Of a DNA stretch of 64,000 bases, positions 1-11,465 are shown piece by piece. The position numbers and the translations under genes are program-made. The stretch is from Lama guanicoe. Lineage: Eukaryota. The notes beneath the pieces are model-generated. The model was not told the origin of the DNA. It did not search any database and worked only from the letters and a program-made list of their open reading frames with translations. The stretch covers positions 3,398,161-3,462,160 of the forward strand of contig MU054323.1 in assembly GCA_013239625.1 (NCBI GenBank), given 5' to 3'. Numbering within the stretch: position 1 is the first letter of the stretch; every line of letters starts with the position of its first letter.

Positions 1-980
1 GTAGGTCCCTCTTTAGAGGGGACCCACCCCTCGCCAAAGGTAGATGCTGGAGTCCTACCCAAAGGCCTCCCCACAGCCTCGGGCTCCACATTTGTCCCCC
101 TTTCCCTCCAGCTCCACTGGGCGGGCCAAGTGACCCGCCTTCCCTCCGCGCGGCTCCAGCACAAAGCCAGGTCGGGGGAGGGGAAGAGCCATTCCCGGGT
201 CTACTCGCGTGGAAGCCGCCTGGGCGCCCGGGCCGTGCCCAGCGCCGGCTCGCGCCTCTCTGCGGGCAGCACAACTTAGCAGCCCAGAAGTTGGGTTACA
301 GCGGGTCTTTAGCGTTCCAGAGCCAACTTCCCAGAACCTCACGCTACCAGCTCGGCCCGGCTCCTCTAGAGCAGTCAGCGGACAGCCTAGGACCCCACCT
401 CCACCGGCCCGCCCCGTCCCCTCGCAGTCCTGGCTGGGGCTCCTTGGCGAATACGCCCGCCTGCTCCCGCGCCGACTCCGCTGCGCCCAAACTTGCCTCC
501 GCCAGAGGGGCCAGGCGCCCCGGCTCGGCTGGTCTGGTTTGAATTAGGGTTCGCGGGCGGGGCGTAGTTGCCGCGATCACAGCATCCACCCGGGTTACCG
601 GCGGGAACCCGGCCGCCGCGGTGCAGGGGGTGGCTGGATGATAGCCGGTGTCCCCAGGCGCAGCCGCAGGCTGGCGGGCCCCTTCTCGAGTGGAGCCGTT
701 TTATATAATTGAGCGCGGGGCCCCGGCACAGGCTCCGCTCCGCTGGGCGCCCCAGGCCCCGGCCCGGAGCAGCAAAAGCTGCACGGCGCCCCCCGACGGT
801 GGAGGCAATTGGGGTGGGAGCCCTGGTTTCCGGGCTCCAGGTCCCTGGGCCCGCTGGGCTAGCGCGGGAAGAAGGGAAGTCCCCGCTTCCCCTCCCCCTC
901 CACGTGCCGCCGCCGGCATCGGCGGGTCTGCCAGCCCCAGCTTCCCGCCGCCTCCCAGCGCGGTCCCGGGCTACACTCAC

Positions 981-1046
981 CGGGAGGGCCGGCTGCAGGC
1001 GCAGCGCCAGCGCGCAAAGACAGAGCCAGAGCGCCGCGTGCCTCAT
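981..1046 (-). CDS. SDC1: Syndecan-1 first coding exon (signal peptide MRHAALWLCLCALALRLQPALP); gene continues beyond the left edge
   Basis: ATG at 1046-1044 in context GGCAGCATGA; 22 codons closely resembling the mammalian SDC1 signal peptide; phase-0 donor CCG|GTGAGT at 980; SDC1 neighbours PUM2 in mammals. Confidence 0.96.
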
Positions 1047-1280
1047 GCTGCCCGGACCGGTGGTGCAAGAGCGGCGGACTGCGCGGGTCGGGGCTGCGCG
1101 GCGCTGCGCGGACTGAGCGGAGCTCTGGGTCGGCTCCACGGTTTGCGCTCGAGCGATGCCCAGTGCTCGGCTGTCCTAGGCAAGGGCTGTGGGTTCCGCC
1201 GGCTACAGTCCGCTCTCTACTGCTGGATTCCTCCCTGGTCAGCTCGGCTCGCGCCTGCACCTCTCCCGCCGAGCTCCGCC

Positions 1281-1290
1281 TTTTAATAAA
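1281..1290 (-). promoter_or_regulatory. SDC1: TATA-like box of the SDC1 promoter (TTTATTAAAA)
   Basis: Isolated AT-rich decamer in GC-rich DNA ~235 nt upstream of the ATG, with GC boxes further upstream. Confidence 0.7.
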
Positions 1291-1356
1291 CCCGCAGGCC
1301 CTTAGCCGTTGCAAAAACTAGCCCCCCACCCCCAGCTCGCCAGGTCTCGGGGCCAG

Positions 1357-1446
1357 CCCCAGTCCCCACCCCCTAGGACCCCGCCCCCTGAGCCAACCAG
1401 CCCGGCCCCAAGGAACACTCCACCCTCGGAGCCCCAGCCCCGCCCC
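1357..1446 (-). promoter_or_regulatory. SDC1: Sp/KLF GC-box cluster of the SDC1 promoter
   Basis: CCCCGCCCCC at 1379-1388, CCCGCCCC near 1439-1446 and CCCCACCC motifs; another GGGGCGGG near 1613-1620. Confidence 0.7.
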
Positions 1447-3699
1447 TGTCCCACACCACGGTGGCAGAGCCTTGCCTGTCTCCAGAGCCAAGGCCCCCGA
1501 AAGCTGTGGTTCCCGGAGTTTCAGCTTCGCTGCTCCCAGATTCCCAGGTTGTGGGGGCCAGACGCACCCACTTCCCCCCTTGGCCCAGGGTATTGAGGCT
1601 CTGCCCGGCGGAGGGGCGGGAGGGGCAGTAGTTGGTCATTGACTGTCGGCACCAGTCTGCAGCGCCCTCTGGGCGTGGACACGGAGCGGCCTCCAGGTGC
1701 ACTGGACTCCCAGATGCGGGCAGGAAACACTTTCTGAGCCTTTGCAGGGTCCCCTAGGGATGGGGCCTTAAACAGATGGACCCTTCCCTGGCTGCAGATG
1801 GGGTTCTCTGCGCCCTCCCTCTCTCCCCACTTCCCAGCACAGGTTCCTACATGCGCTTGTCTTCTGCCTATGCTGGAAACTCGGGGCCTTACTTTAAACA
1901 GCAGGACATGCTCAGGAAGGGCTGTTAAAAAATTAAAAAGTTTAAAAAGGACCTCTCAGTGTCTTTCTGCAGAAAACAATGCCCTCTCTCTTCATCCTCT
2001 GAGTTAAAAGGAAAAATAAACGGGTCTGTGCCCAGGTGACCTAGCTTGCAGATCTGAGAACCACCACTGACGTTTCTGCTCCTACATGATTCCCTGAGAA
2101 GCTTCAATATTCCCATCATCAATCCGGAACCTCGGTGCAAAAAACTATGAAAGGCCTGAGGGTGTAGTGCAAACGGCCTTGAAAGAGAAGGGGAAGAACC
2201 GGCCTGCAATCTGGTAGGCAGGAGAGATGGTGCCAAATGACCTTGGACCTGGAGACCAAAGATGGCATCTTCCCCCCACCCCCTGCCTTCCTCCTCAGGC
2301 AGAGGACAAGTCCCGCCCCAGTGGCCAAAACTGGGAACCAAATAGATATCCTGAGGCTTCTTGGCCTCTCAGTCAGTCTCCCGTGTTTCTCTTTAAACGG
2401 ATTGAACACTCCCAGGTCCTGCGTTACATAGGCAGGGACAATTGGCTGCAGTCCCTCTGATTCTCCTCTACCAACTCTGCAGGTTTGCTCTGAGCTAAGC
2501 AGCCTCCTGGTCCCCATCTTAGCCATGCCCCTCCACCAGACACTAAAAGGTGTTGCCCCTCCCTCCCCAACAGCACTCAGGCCTAGTTTTGCCCCTGTTC
2601 CTGTATACCTGTTTGAACTAAGGCAGCTCTCCATCTTGGGGTCTCAGTGTCCCCTGGTCTATCTATAGTGGATGATAAATTCTCATCCGGGTTCTCAGGG
2701 CCTGATGTGGCTCTTAGGGCCTTGGTTTTGAGGATCATCCAACAGCATGACACCAGGCAGGGCCCCTCCAAGGAGCTCAGGAGGTGCTGGTGGGTTTAAA
2801 GGCCTTTTTAGTAGAAGGCCATGAGTGGGTCAGCCAGGGACTGGCTCACGATCTGAGGTCAGCTCTCTAGCCCTTAAAAGTAGCTTCGTTTAGAACCTTG
2901 CCTTTCTCTACTACACAAAATAAAGAAAATTGGGGTCAGGGAGCATTTTATTGAGTCTTTTTATGTGATAAAAATGACCAATTTCGTGTTTCTTTCAAAC
3001 AGAATAAATTTGCCCCCGATCAATGTATATTTCTTTGGACAGGTTAGGAAGAGGAGTCACCTTAAGGTGGGCTGTATACGTATACAGAGAAAGGAAGTAA
3101 AGTGTCAGTGCTTACCTTGACCTTGCTGATCCCTGGCTTGCTTGCTTTTCCTCCCAGTCCAAATTCTGCAAGAAAGTCTCTTCTTCCCAGAAGCTTTCTT
3201 GGTATCCCAGAGGACCTGGGCCGTCTCAGATCCTCTGTGGCCCCTTGGAATGCCATGGGATGTCAGCTCATATACACGGGTCTGGCCACCCTGTCTGCAC
3301 TCATCAGCCCCTTCCTTGGGATCCTCCAGACCTTAGTACATCTGACAACTAAAGGGTTAATGTCTGGCTGAGCAGGGAGCTTCTAGCCTCCCATCAGGAG
3401 GTAGTAAGGCAAGACCTCTGTCCTAATTTGCGTTCCTAACATAGATTTTAAATATTTTTAATATCATCCCTGTTGAATCATTAACTGCCTTGATTGTTGC
3501 TTCCTTTACCCGTAAGACAAAGAAAGTTCCTGGAAGGCAAGGCCAGTGTCTCCTCCCCTCATTTCTCTCATTCTTCCCATGGACTTGGGGCTTCACTCTG
3601 GGAGAAAAGCATGCCGCTGCCACTGGGGTGGCAGCTGGAGGAGACTGGGTTGGAAGAGGCCAGCAGCTGTGGGGAGGGGGACCCTTGGCACCGGGCTGC

Positions 3700-4210
3700 C
3701 CTTTGATGCATTAGGCGCCTAAACTCCAAAACTGTCACATGCATTCTCTGGGCAAGCTGACATCAAAACTGAAAGTGCACTTATCCATTGACTCAGGAAT
3801 TCTGCTTCAGTGAATTTACTCTTCATAAGTATTTTCACCAGCACCCAAAGAGGCATGTCTAAATGTTCACTAATAAAGGGAAAGTGAAATAGATGTGAGT
3901 ATTCCCACACCATGGAATAGAACACAACATTTTTTAAATGAAGTAGATGGTTAAGTCCTGGCATGGAACATTTTTCAGAATCCATTTGTAGGTAAAAAGA
4001 GCAATTTAAAGAATGATCTGTATATAGTATAGCCAGAATTTTCTTAAAACAAAAACATGTGTGTAATGTAAGTAGACTGTACATGTATGCAATAAAAAAA
4101 AAAGTCTAAGGGAGAGAAAGGGGATGGGGAAAGTGAAGGAGAACTTTTAAGTTTACTTTGTATTCTTAAGTGTTTGTAATGAGAATATATGACTTGTTTA
4201 ATTTTTTTAA
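3700..4210 (+). mobile_element. Ancient L1 (L1ME-like) 3' fragment
   Basis: Degenerate L1 3' motifs (atgtctaaatgttcac...aaatagatgtgagtattcc...catggaatag). Confidence 0.45.
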
Positions 4211-4859
4211 CTTAGAAGTTATTAACGTAATCAGTGAAGATGCTTTCAGCCTCCACGAATAGCTTCCCCTCAAGCAGCTTGAATAATAGGGTATTTATTG
4301 AATCTACCTGGACCTGCGCTACCCACCCAACAACAAACTCCGCAACACTGGAACGTAAGCCCTTGCCACCCTCTGGTTCTGTCGTCTCCGCTGTGGCTCC
4401 ACCACAAGATGGTGGCAAGATGGAGGCATTGTTTCTAGCCATCGATACTAATATAGCCACACCCAGGAACAAGGCCACCTTCTCCTGTTGTCTTTCTTAG
4501 GAGTAAGGAATTGGTTCTTTGAAGTTCCTCTCACTCCCCAAACACACACATCTTTCTTTTCCCATCTCACTGGCTGGAAGTGGGTCCCATGCCTTCATGA
4601 AGCCATCACTGGCAAGGGGAGCTTGAGTACCAGTGTGGGTATAGATTAACCTTCTAGGGGCTTGGATTTGGGGAAGCCAATGCCAAGTCCACTAAATATT
4701 TTGACTTCTTAAAGAGTATCAGATGTATGCAAAGGCATTCTTACTTCAATACTATATAACATTTTTTATAGTAATTTCTACCCACCATGAAGCATTTTAA
4801 AAGACCTTTAATTATATTTTTGTGAAGCATTTCAAACACATAGTAAAAATAATGTTCCT

Positions 4860-5484
4860 AAGAAAAGTAAAAATAGAATTATCATGTGATCTAGCAATTC
4901 CACTTCTGAATGTATACCCAGAAGAATTAAAAGCTCAGACTCGAACTGCTTTTTGAACACAAATTTGAAGGTATTTGTACACATGTATTCATGGCAGCAT
5001 TATTCACAATAGCCAAAAGGTGGAAGGAAGAAGCCCAAGTGTCCATTGACAGATGAATGGACAAACAAACTGTGGCACATGCATACAATGGGATATCATT
5101 CAGCCCTAAAAGGGAAGGAGATTCTGACACATGTTACGACACTGATGAACCTTGAAGACTTTCTTCTCAGTTAAATAAACCAGTCACAAAAGGACAAACA
5201 CTGCATGATTCCACTTATACGAGGTTCCTAGACTAGCCAAACTCACAGAAACAGAAAGTAGAATGGTGGTTGCTAAGGATGGAGGGAGGGGACAATGAGG
5301 CATTATTGTTTAATGGATACAGAGTTTTATTTTGGGGAGATGAAAGAAGTTCTGTAGATGGATGGTGATAACTGTCGCAAAACAGTGTGAATGGACTTAA
5401 TGCCAGTGAACTGTACACTTACAATGATTAAAATGGTAAATTTTGTTATGGATATTTTACAATTAAAAAAGTGCAAAAAAAAAA
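4860..5484 (+). mobile_element. L1 3' end (L1MA/MB-like) with A-tail
   Basis: tgatctagcaattccacttctg...gcagcattattcacaatagccaaaaggtggaa...agatgaatggac...tgattccacttatacgagg, followed by an A-rich tail. Confidence 0.88.
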
Positions 5485-5559
5485 ACCAACCCTTCAGTGG
5501 CAATCCTGAAAAAAAAGAATAATATAATGAAAACCTATGCAAATACCACCCCGTTTATC

Positions 5560-6100
5560 AAATCTTCACATCTTTTTTCTTTTCTTTTTTCTATGAAATG
5601 AAACATTACAGATTCAACCGAGTCTCCTCAGTTTATGTTTTGAGATTTATCCATGTTGATACACTTGCCTTTGGGTCATTTATCTTAATTGCTGTACTAT
5701 AATTCGTTGCGTACTTATGCCACAATTTATTTATCCATGGACGTTTGGTTGTTTCCAGTTTTTCAATATTACACACTATACTACAGTCAGTTCGAGTACC
5801 TGTGTCCTCAAGTGCATGCGAGTCTTCCTCTAGAAGTAGATACAGCTCCTGGGTTATAGGTATAAATATTTTTAGCTTTCTTAGGAATAGTTCTAAGCAA
5901 TTTCTCTAAACAAATTGCTCTCCAAGGGGCTTACAGCAATTTACACTTTCAGCAGCAATTATGAGAGTTCAAATTTTTCTACAATCTATATGACTTGGCA
6001 TTTGTTGGACCTTTTGTACTGTGCCAGTCTGATGCAGGTAAAACGATATCTCATTGGCATTTTGATTTTGAATGGCCCTCCAGTTATGAAACATTTTACT
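5560..6100 (-). mobile_element. Ancient L1 fragment
   Basis: tgagatttatccatgttgat...ttggttgtttccagttttt...cagcagcaattatgagagttc are antisense L1 3' motifs. Confidence 0.55.
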
Positions 6101-6966
6101 GAAGCCTTTTGTTACTGGATGCTTGGGCAGATGCTACTGGTTGCTTTCCACATCTGTTTTCCTCTGCTTTTTCAGTAAAAGAACCCCTAGATTTCAGCTG
6201 GGCTCACGGCCACTTGAACATGGGAACAAAAGCATGCACCACAGAGAAACAGGTTAGAAGGAGTGTGGGTATCTGACCCATGAAGTACCATACCAGCCCT
6301 GGACTGCCACCCCGACGTACTCATGATGGAGAAGTAGACTTCTGCTTTGCTTCAGACACTCATATTCTTTATATATGCCTCACCAACAAATCTAATCCTA
6401 ACAATGCACTGATCAATTCCGTCTTCTACACCTGACCCAAGGGAGTGTGGGGAGGACAGTTGTTCCGGGGGAGGATGGAGATAGGAATGGCTCTGAAGAT
6501 GCTGCTAATAAGCACCTATAAGCACTAACCAGTGTCCTGGTCCTGCACTGTGCATTAAATTCTGAATTTGACTCAAGTTACCTAACAACCTCTGTCCCAA
6601 GAAGAAGTACAGAAAAGAAAGGTCTTAACCTGAGTGAGGGCATGTTTTCAGTTTGAAGCCCAGGCAGGCCCTTTCCCTCTCTCGAGCTCCTGGGGGCTGC
6701 TCTCACGGGCTGGTAGGCAGGCATGCCCCCAATCTCCATGCGAGCTCTGCAAGAAGACCCTCTCCCTCACCTTCTAAGTTGCCTCTAATATTTGATAGAA
6801 TGTCAGCAGGGGAGAGAGAATAAATACATCCTTCGTAAATATCATTGGAATTTACTTGTCAAAGCAGAGTGTTACTTGCCTTGGGGACCATGCTTATCAC
6901 CTAATGCCTCTGCTACCCATGCCATCACCCTAGGGAGGCCTAAGGACACTTTGTGTATGAGAGTAG

Positions 6967-6993
6967 TCCCTTCCTTCCTTCCTTCCTTCCTTC

Positions 6994-7044
<51 letters not shown>

Positions 7045-7173
7045 TATTTTTTTCTTTCTTCCTTCCTTCCCTTCCTTCTTTTTCTTTCTCTCCCTCCCTC
7101 CCTCTTCCTTCCTTCCTTCCTTTTCTTTCTTTCTTTCTCTTTTTTCTTCCTTCCTTCCTTCCTCCCTTTCTCC

Positions 7174-7236
<63 letters not shown>

Positions 7237-7303
7237 TCCTTTCTTCCTTTCTTCCTTTCTTCCTTTCCTTCCTCCCTCCCTCCCTCCCTTCCTTCCTTTC
7301 TTC
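6967..7303. repeat. Compound (TTCC)n/(TTTC)n polypyrimidine microsatellite, ~337 bp
   Basis: Directly visible; pyrimidine-only on the + strand except one A near 7046. Confidence 0.98.
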
Positions 7304-7769
7304 ATGGAGTATAGTAGTTCATTCATTTGACAAATGTGTCCAAAGCTGCCCAGCTCCTGGAAGCACCATCTCCAGCACCTTCCAGGCTGAAGATCTCTTG
7401 GAATTCTACCCTTAAGGATTCACATCCCACAGCACTCAGCCTGAATGTGCCCCTGGATTTAGGCAATGCTGCAGTGACAGCTGCAGTAGTAGCTGCTGGG
7501 ATCAGCCCCCGACTGGATGCTAGAAGTACAAAATAAAAACAGAAGGTTCTCAGGTTCGAGGAGCTCACAGTTTGAAGAGAGAAACAGATGTAAACAATCC
7601 TTATAAAACAAAGCAGTGCCTGTCACATCAGCCTGTTTCTTGATAGCTGGACAGAACAATGAATTCAGAATGCAGAGAAAAGTTTCCCAAAAGTTTCATT
7701 GATGAGGCTATGGCTCTGGGTTGGAGGAGCCAATTGAGTCTTTTCTTAGATGAAAAGAGGGTTTTGCAG

Positions 7770-8271
7770 TGTATCCGTTTCCTGCGGCTGGTGTAACGAA
7801 TTACGACAAATTTGGCTGCTTAAAATAACACATATTTATTCTTTTACATTTCTGGAAGCCAGAAGCCCCAAATCAGTTTCACTGGGCTGAAATTATGGTG
7901 CTGGCAGGCCTGCACTCCCTGCAGAGGCTCTCGGGGAGACTGTCCCTTCTGACTGGTGGTTGCCAGCATTGCTTGGCTTGTGTCTGCCGCACTCCAATAT
8001 TCCAGTCTCTCTGCTCTGTCTTCACATTTCATCTTTGTGTCATAAAATCTCCCTCTGCCTTCCTCTTATAAGGATGTAGGTGATTGATTTCCTCTAGAAG
8101 CCACCTGGATAATCCAAGATAATCTCCCCATCTCAAAATGCTTAACTGAATCATATCTGCATATCTACAAAAGACCCCTCCCTCTGATGGTCCCCCCAGC
8201 GTAAAGTAACTTTTACCAGATCCAGGGATTAGGACATGGCTATTTGGGGATCATTATTCAGCCAACTACTA
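7770..8271 (-). mobile_element. MaLR (MLT1-family) solo LTR
   Basis: tgtatccgtttcctgcggctggtgtaacgaattacgacaaatttggctgcttaaaataacac...ggattaggacatggctatttgggga...attcagcc matches an antisense MLT1 LTR. Confidence 0.85.
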
Positions 8272-9204
8272 TAGGCAGGGAGAGTGGTGAAAGGCCATTC
8301 CCCACCAGGTTCCAGATGGGGAATCCTGCACAGAACAGGCAGGGAAGCAAGAAATAGCTTCAGAATGTCCTGGAACTGGAAGGAGTCTGCATTGGCCTGG
8401 ATTGGCCAGAGCACAAGGCCTCTGGAGAGCTGGATCAGAGAGAGAGAGCCTCCACTGCTGGGCCACGCCCTGGGCAGAGGCACCACTGAGCAGAGGAGGG
8501 ACTCGATTGGGGTTTTGTGATAGAAAGATCCTCCAGCCACTGGGTGGAGGATGGGCTGCAGGGATGGAGACCACCGGTGGGGACACAGGGAAAGCCAGCA
8601 GAGAGAGAGGACCAGCTGGCCTAGAGGGGATGGCAGTGAAGATGGGGGAGGGGGCAGGATGGAAGACTGTGGAGGAGGTAGAATGTGATGAGGCTTGGAG
8701 TTGGATGAGGGAGAGGAAGCATGCAATTCTGAAAATCAGTGGTGGCATCTTTCCACCTGGTTTATGTAAATAGCTCACATCAGTGTGTGAAGTGGCCGCC
8801 CAGGCTGGGGCACCGCTGGGCGCTGAAGTCATGAGGAGAACCCTTCTGTGGCCCGTGACTCAGTTCTCGGGAGCAGCCTTTGTCGGAAACTTGGACAGGA
8901 AGCTCTCCCGCAGGCAGGTGTGCCGATGCCAGCCACACCTGCCCAGGTGCAGCCAGGCCTATTCATCCTGAGCCACTTCCTGGGGTGGGGCCCGCTTGCC
9001 CCTGGCCCACACCAGCCCGTCCCCACGTGGCTATCTCCAATGACCTGGTATCTGAGAAGCCGCCTGGCTCTCTGACTCAGCCCGGTATTCTGAAGGGGCA
9101 CTGATGCTGCTGTGCATAGGGCAGGGGAGCAGAGAAGCTGGGGGCCAAGGCTGTCCCCTCCCCTCCCCGACCCTCCCAGCTGACAACTATAAGCAATTTC
9201 CTCC

Positions 9205-9390
9205 CACAAATTCTTAGCACTACTTTAGCTGTGTGACCTTGAGCAAGGAATTTAACCTCTCTGTGCTTTAATATGCTCCTCTGTGAACTGAGGAAATATT
9301 AGTGCCTACCTCAGAGCTGTTGAGACGATTAAATGAGATAAGCACTGTGCAGGAGTCCGCAGGGTGCCTGGCACACACATAAGTGCTCCC
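9205..9390 (+). mobile_element. MIR SINE
   Basis: Core tagctgtgtgaccttgagcaag...taacctctctgtgc...agtgcctacctcagagctgttgagacgattaaatgagataa...gtgcctggcac. Confidence 0.85.
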
Positions 9391-9439
9391 TGCAGGTTAG
9401 TGATGCTGGAGATGTGACAGTGGGACTGGGGGAGGCAGA

Positions 9440-9595
9440 GAGACTGGAGTTTGAACTTGAGCTTTACTGCCTGCTCCCCATGTGACCTGAGGCAAGTTCC
9501 TTAAGCATTCTGAACTCCAACTGTTGTGAAGATTGAAGGAGAAATCACATATACACCACTTAGCACCTTCGTTGGCACCAGGCCGGGTAAATAGA
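9440..9595 (+). mobile_element. MIR SINE (second, degenerate)
   Basis: ggagtttgaac...tgtgacctgaggcaagttccttaa...gttgtgaagattgaa...ttagcac. Confidence 0.6.
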
Positions 9596-9715
9596 AACAA
9601 TAGAAAAGTTAAGCTTTCTAAAGCCCCCCGGGGGAGATCCTGAGCTGGCTCCAGTTGGGCTGTAGAAGTCAAGGTGTTATGTGGGTGCAGATTCCTGTGT
9701 GTATGCACACACGTG

Positions 9716-9729
9716 TGTACACACACACA

Positions 9730-9759
<30 letters not shown>
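9716..9759. repeat. (CA)n microsatellite
   Basis: Directly visible, one interruption. Confidence 0.95.
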
Positions 9760-9763
<4 letters not shown>

Positions 9764-9974
9764 CCTCAACGTCTAGCCCCAGGATACATATGCAGATTCC
9801 ATAGACTCCACAGAAAGTAACTTTGAATTCAATTTGTCAACTGGGAGAAAAAAAAAAAAGCACAACCTGAAACTCCTGAGTTCATTTATCCAGCAGAGTT
9901 ACTGAGGACTTAAACCCGGGACAAGATGGCTCTGAGCCACTGTTCCTAAGAGGCAAGGGAAGAGTCACGATAGT

Positions 9975-10247
9975 TTTTGCTGAAAAAAAAAATGTAGTTG
10001 GAAATCAAAAGATTACCGCTAATCACAAAAAACAGACATCTCAAGTTAATACATTTAGTGTTTTTCTATGTTTGCGAAGATGCAAGAATCTGGGTTTATT
10101 GAGATTATTCCTTTGATATGCACCTTAACTACCTAGGGCCTGAGTTCCCCTCAGGGCACTGTGGGGGCCGGGGCAGCTGCAGTGGCTGATGGCTTGGTGG
10201 CCACATCTTTTGTTTACTGAGATGGCAGGCAACATTCTTTGTCCACA
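9975..10247 (-). mobile_element. ERV1-class LTR fragment (MER41-like, cetartiodactyl type)
   Basis: cagacatctcaagttaat...atgcaagaatctggg...attcctttgatatgcaccttaactacctagggcc...gatggcaggcaacattctttgtccaca resembles artiodactyl ERV1 LTRs and ends in a CA terminus. Confidence 0.55.
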
Positions 10248-10509
10248 CACTACAGAGGCTGTGTTAGGCAAAAGTTATAAACTGATAGCTCCTAGGATAG
10301 TGTTTTGCCCTCACAGTGTTTTTAAAAAGGAGATATCCATGACGTGAGTGCACATGAGAATGCAGATTCCTATATTCTAGAAGAATCAGAAGAGCTAGTA
10401 ATGCTGGACCCACATCTCTTCATGGCAAAGACCAGCTGAAGCTACGAGTCGTGAAGTGTGTGCATTTCTAGCTCACCCACCAGCTCCTGGGCCCGGTGAG
10501 GGTCCAGTT

Positions 10510-10720
10510 CCAAACTCTGGCATCAGACTGGATTTGAACTCTCGCCCTGCCTCCCTGGACAAGTCCTATAACCTTTCTAAGTCTCAGTTTCTTCATCTGT
10601 AAGATGGGTATAATAATAGTACCTTCCTGATACGGTTGTGATGAGGGTGACATGAGATGTTATATGTAAAGCATTTAGCCCCGGGCCCTTTAGTAACTAT
10701 TCTGTACTTTGCAGCTATTG
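10510..10720 (+). mobile_element. MIR SINE
   Basis: gtctcagtttcttcatctgtaagatgggtataataatagtacc...ggttgtgatgagg core. Confidence 0.85.
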
Positions 10721-11412
10721 GTGTTAAGGTTGCTTCTGGAACCAGCCCATGATTTCAGGATCAAAGCTGCTTCTACAGAGACTAGAAGACAATGTCTTTA
10801 ATTTGGACAGCTTGTTTTCCCAGGTCTCACCCCTGCCAACTGATAATCCCTGGGGACCAGAACTCTCTCCCCAGACCACATGTTATGTGTTGACCCCACC
10901 CCCTCCCTTGACCAAACGTTGAGGCCTAATCAGGAAAAACAGCTATGTTGACACAGAACCCCCACGAGCTCTCGTGGATACCATATTTATCTCCACACCC
11001 ACCTCTTAGAATCCCATGGAATGGAGTGTTGGTGAAGCTGGAAAGGAATTCCTTTAAGTAAGTGTCAGGACTAAGCTGTGGGGTCACTGGAGAAGGAGAT
11101 GGTGTTTGCTCTCAGACAGATGGAAATACAGACAGACAGATAATCATCCGATAGGAGCCAGGCAGTCAGGCCAGGTGAGTTGAGAGGAGGCCCCTGAGAA
11201 GGTGGGAGCTTCTAATGACAAGTAGGACTTGTCTCACAGAGCAGAAAGGGAAGGGCCCCCAAGGCAGAGGGCACTGCATGAGCAAAGTGGCTCCGGCCAC
11301 ACGGGGGAGGGAGCGGCAGGAGAGGGCGCCAAGGTATGGAGTGTGAATGTGGCCCGAGGCTGTCATGGAGGGTGTTAGGCAGGCATTGACTTCTCTCTCT
11401 CTGTCACTCTCC

Positions 11413-11415
<3 letters not shown>

Positions 11416-11455
<40 letters not shown>

Positions 11456-11465
11456 ACACGCACAC
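11416..11465. repeat. (CA)n microsatellite
   Basis: Directly visible. Confidence 0.95.

Larger units (their letters stand above)
1..1700. promoter_or_regulatory. SDC1: CpG island spanning the SDC1 promoter, exon 1 and start of intron 1
   Basis: Very GC-rich with dense CpG (cgcg, gcgc, ccgg runs), in contrast to the CpG-depleted remainder of the window; boundaries approximate. Confidence 0.9.

Noticed and set aside
55..1730. Numerous overlapping long ORFs, including the 250-aa ORF 387-1139
   Set aside because: Stop-poor GC-rich CpG island; only 981-1046 matches SDC1, and it is bounded by a strong donor. A GTG-initiated N-terminal extension has no support.
6792..7415. 207-aa, 128-aa and 125-aa ORFs rich in F/L/S/P or K/E/R
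   Set aside because: Translation artefacts of the (TTTC)n/(TTCC)n microsatellite.
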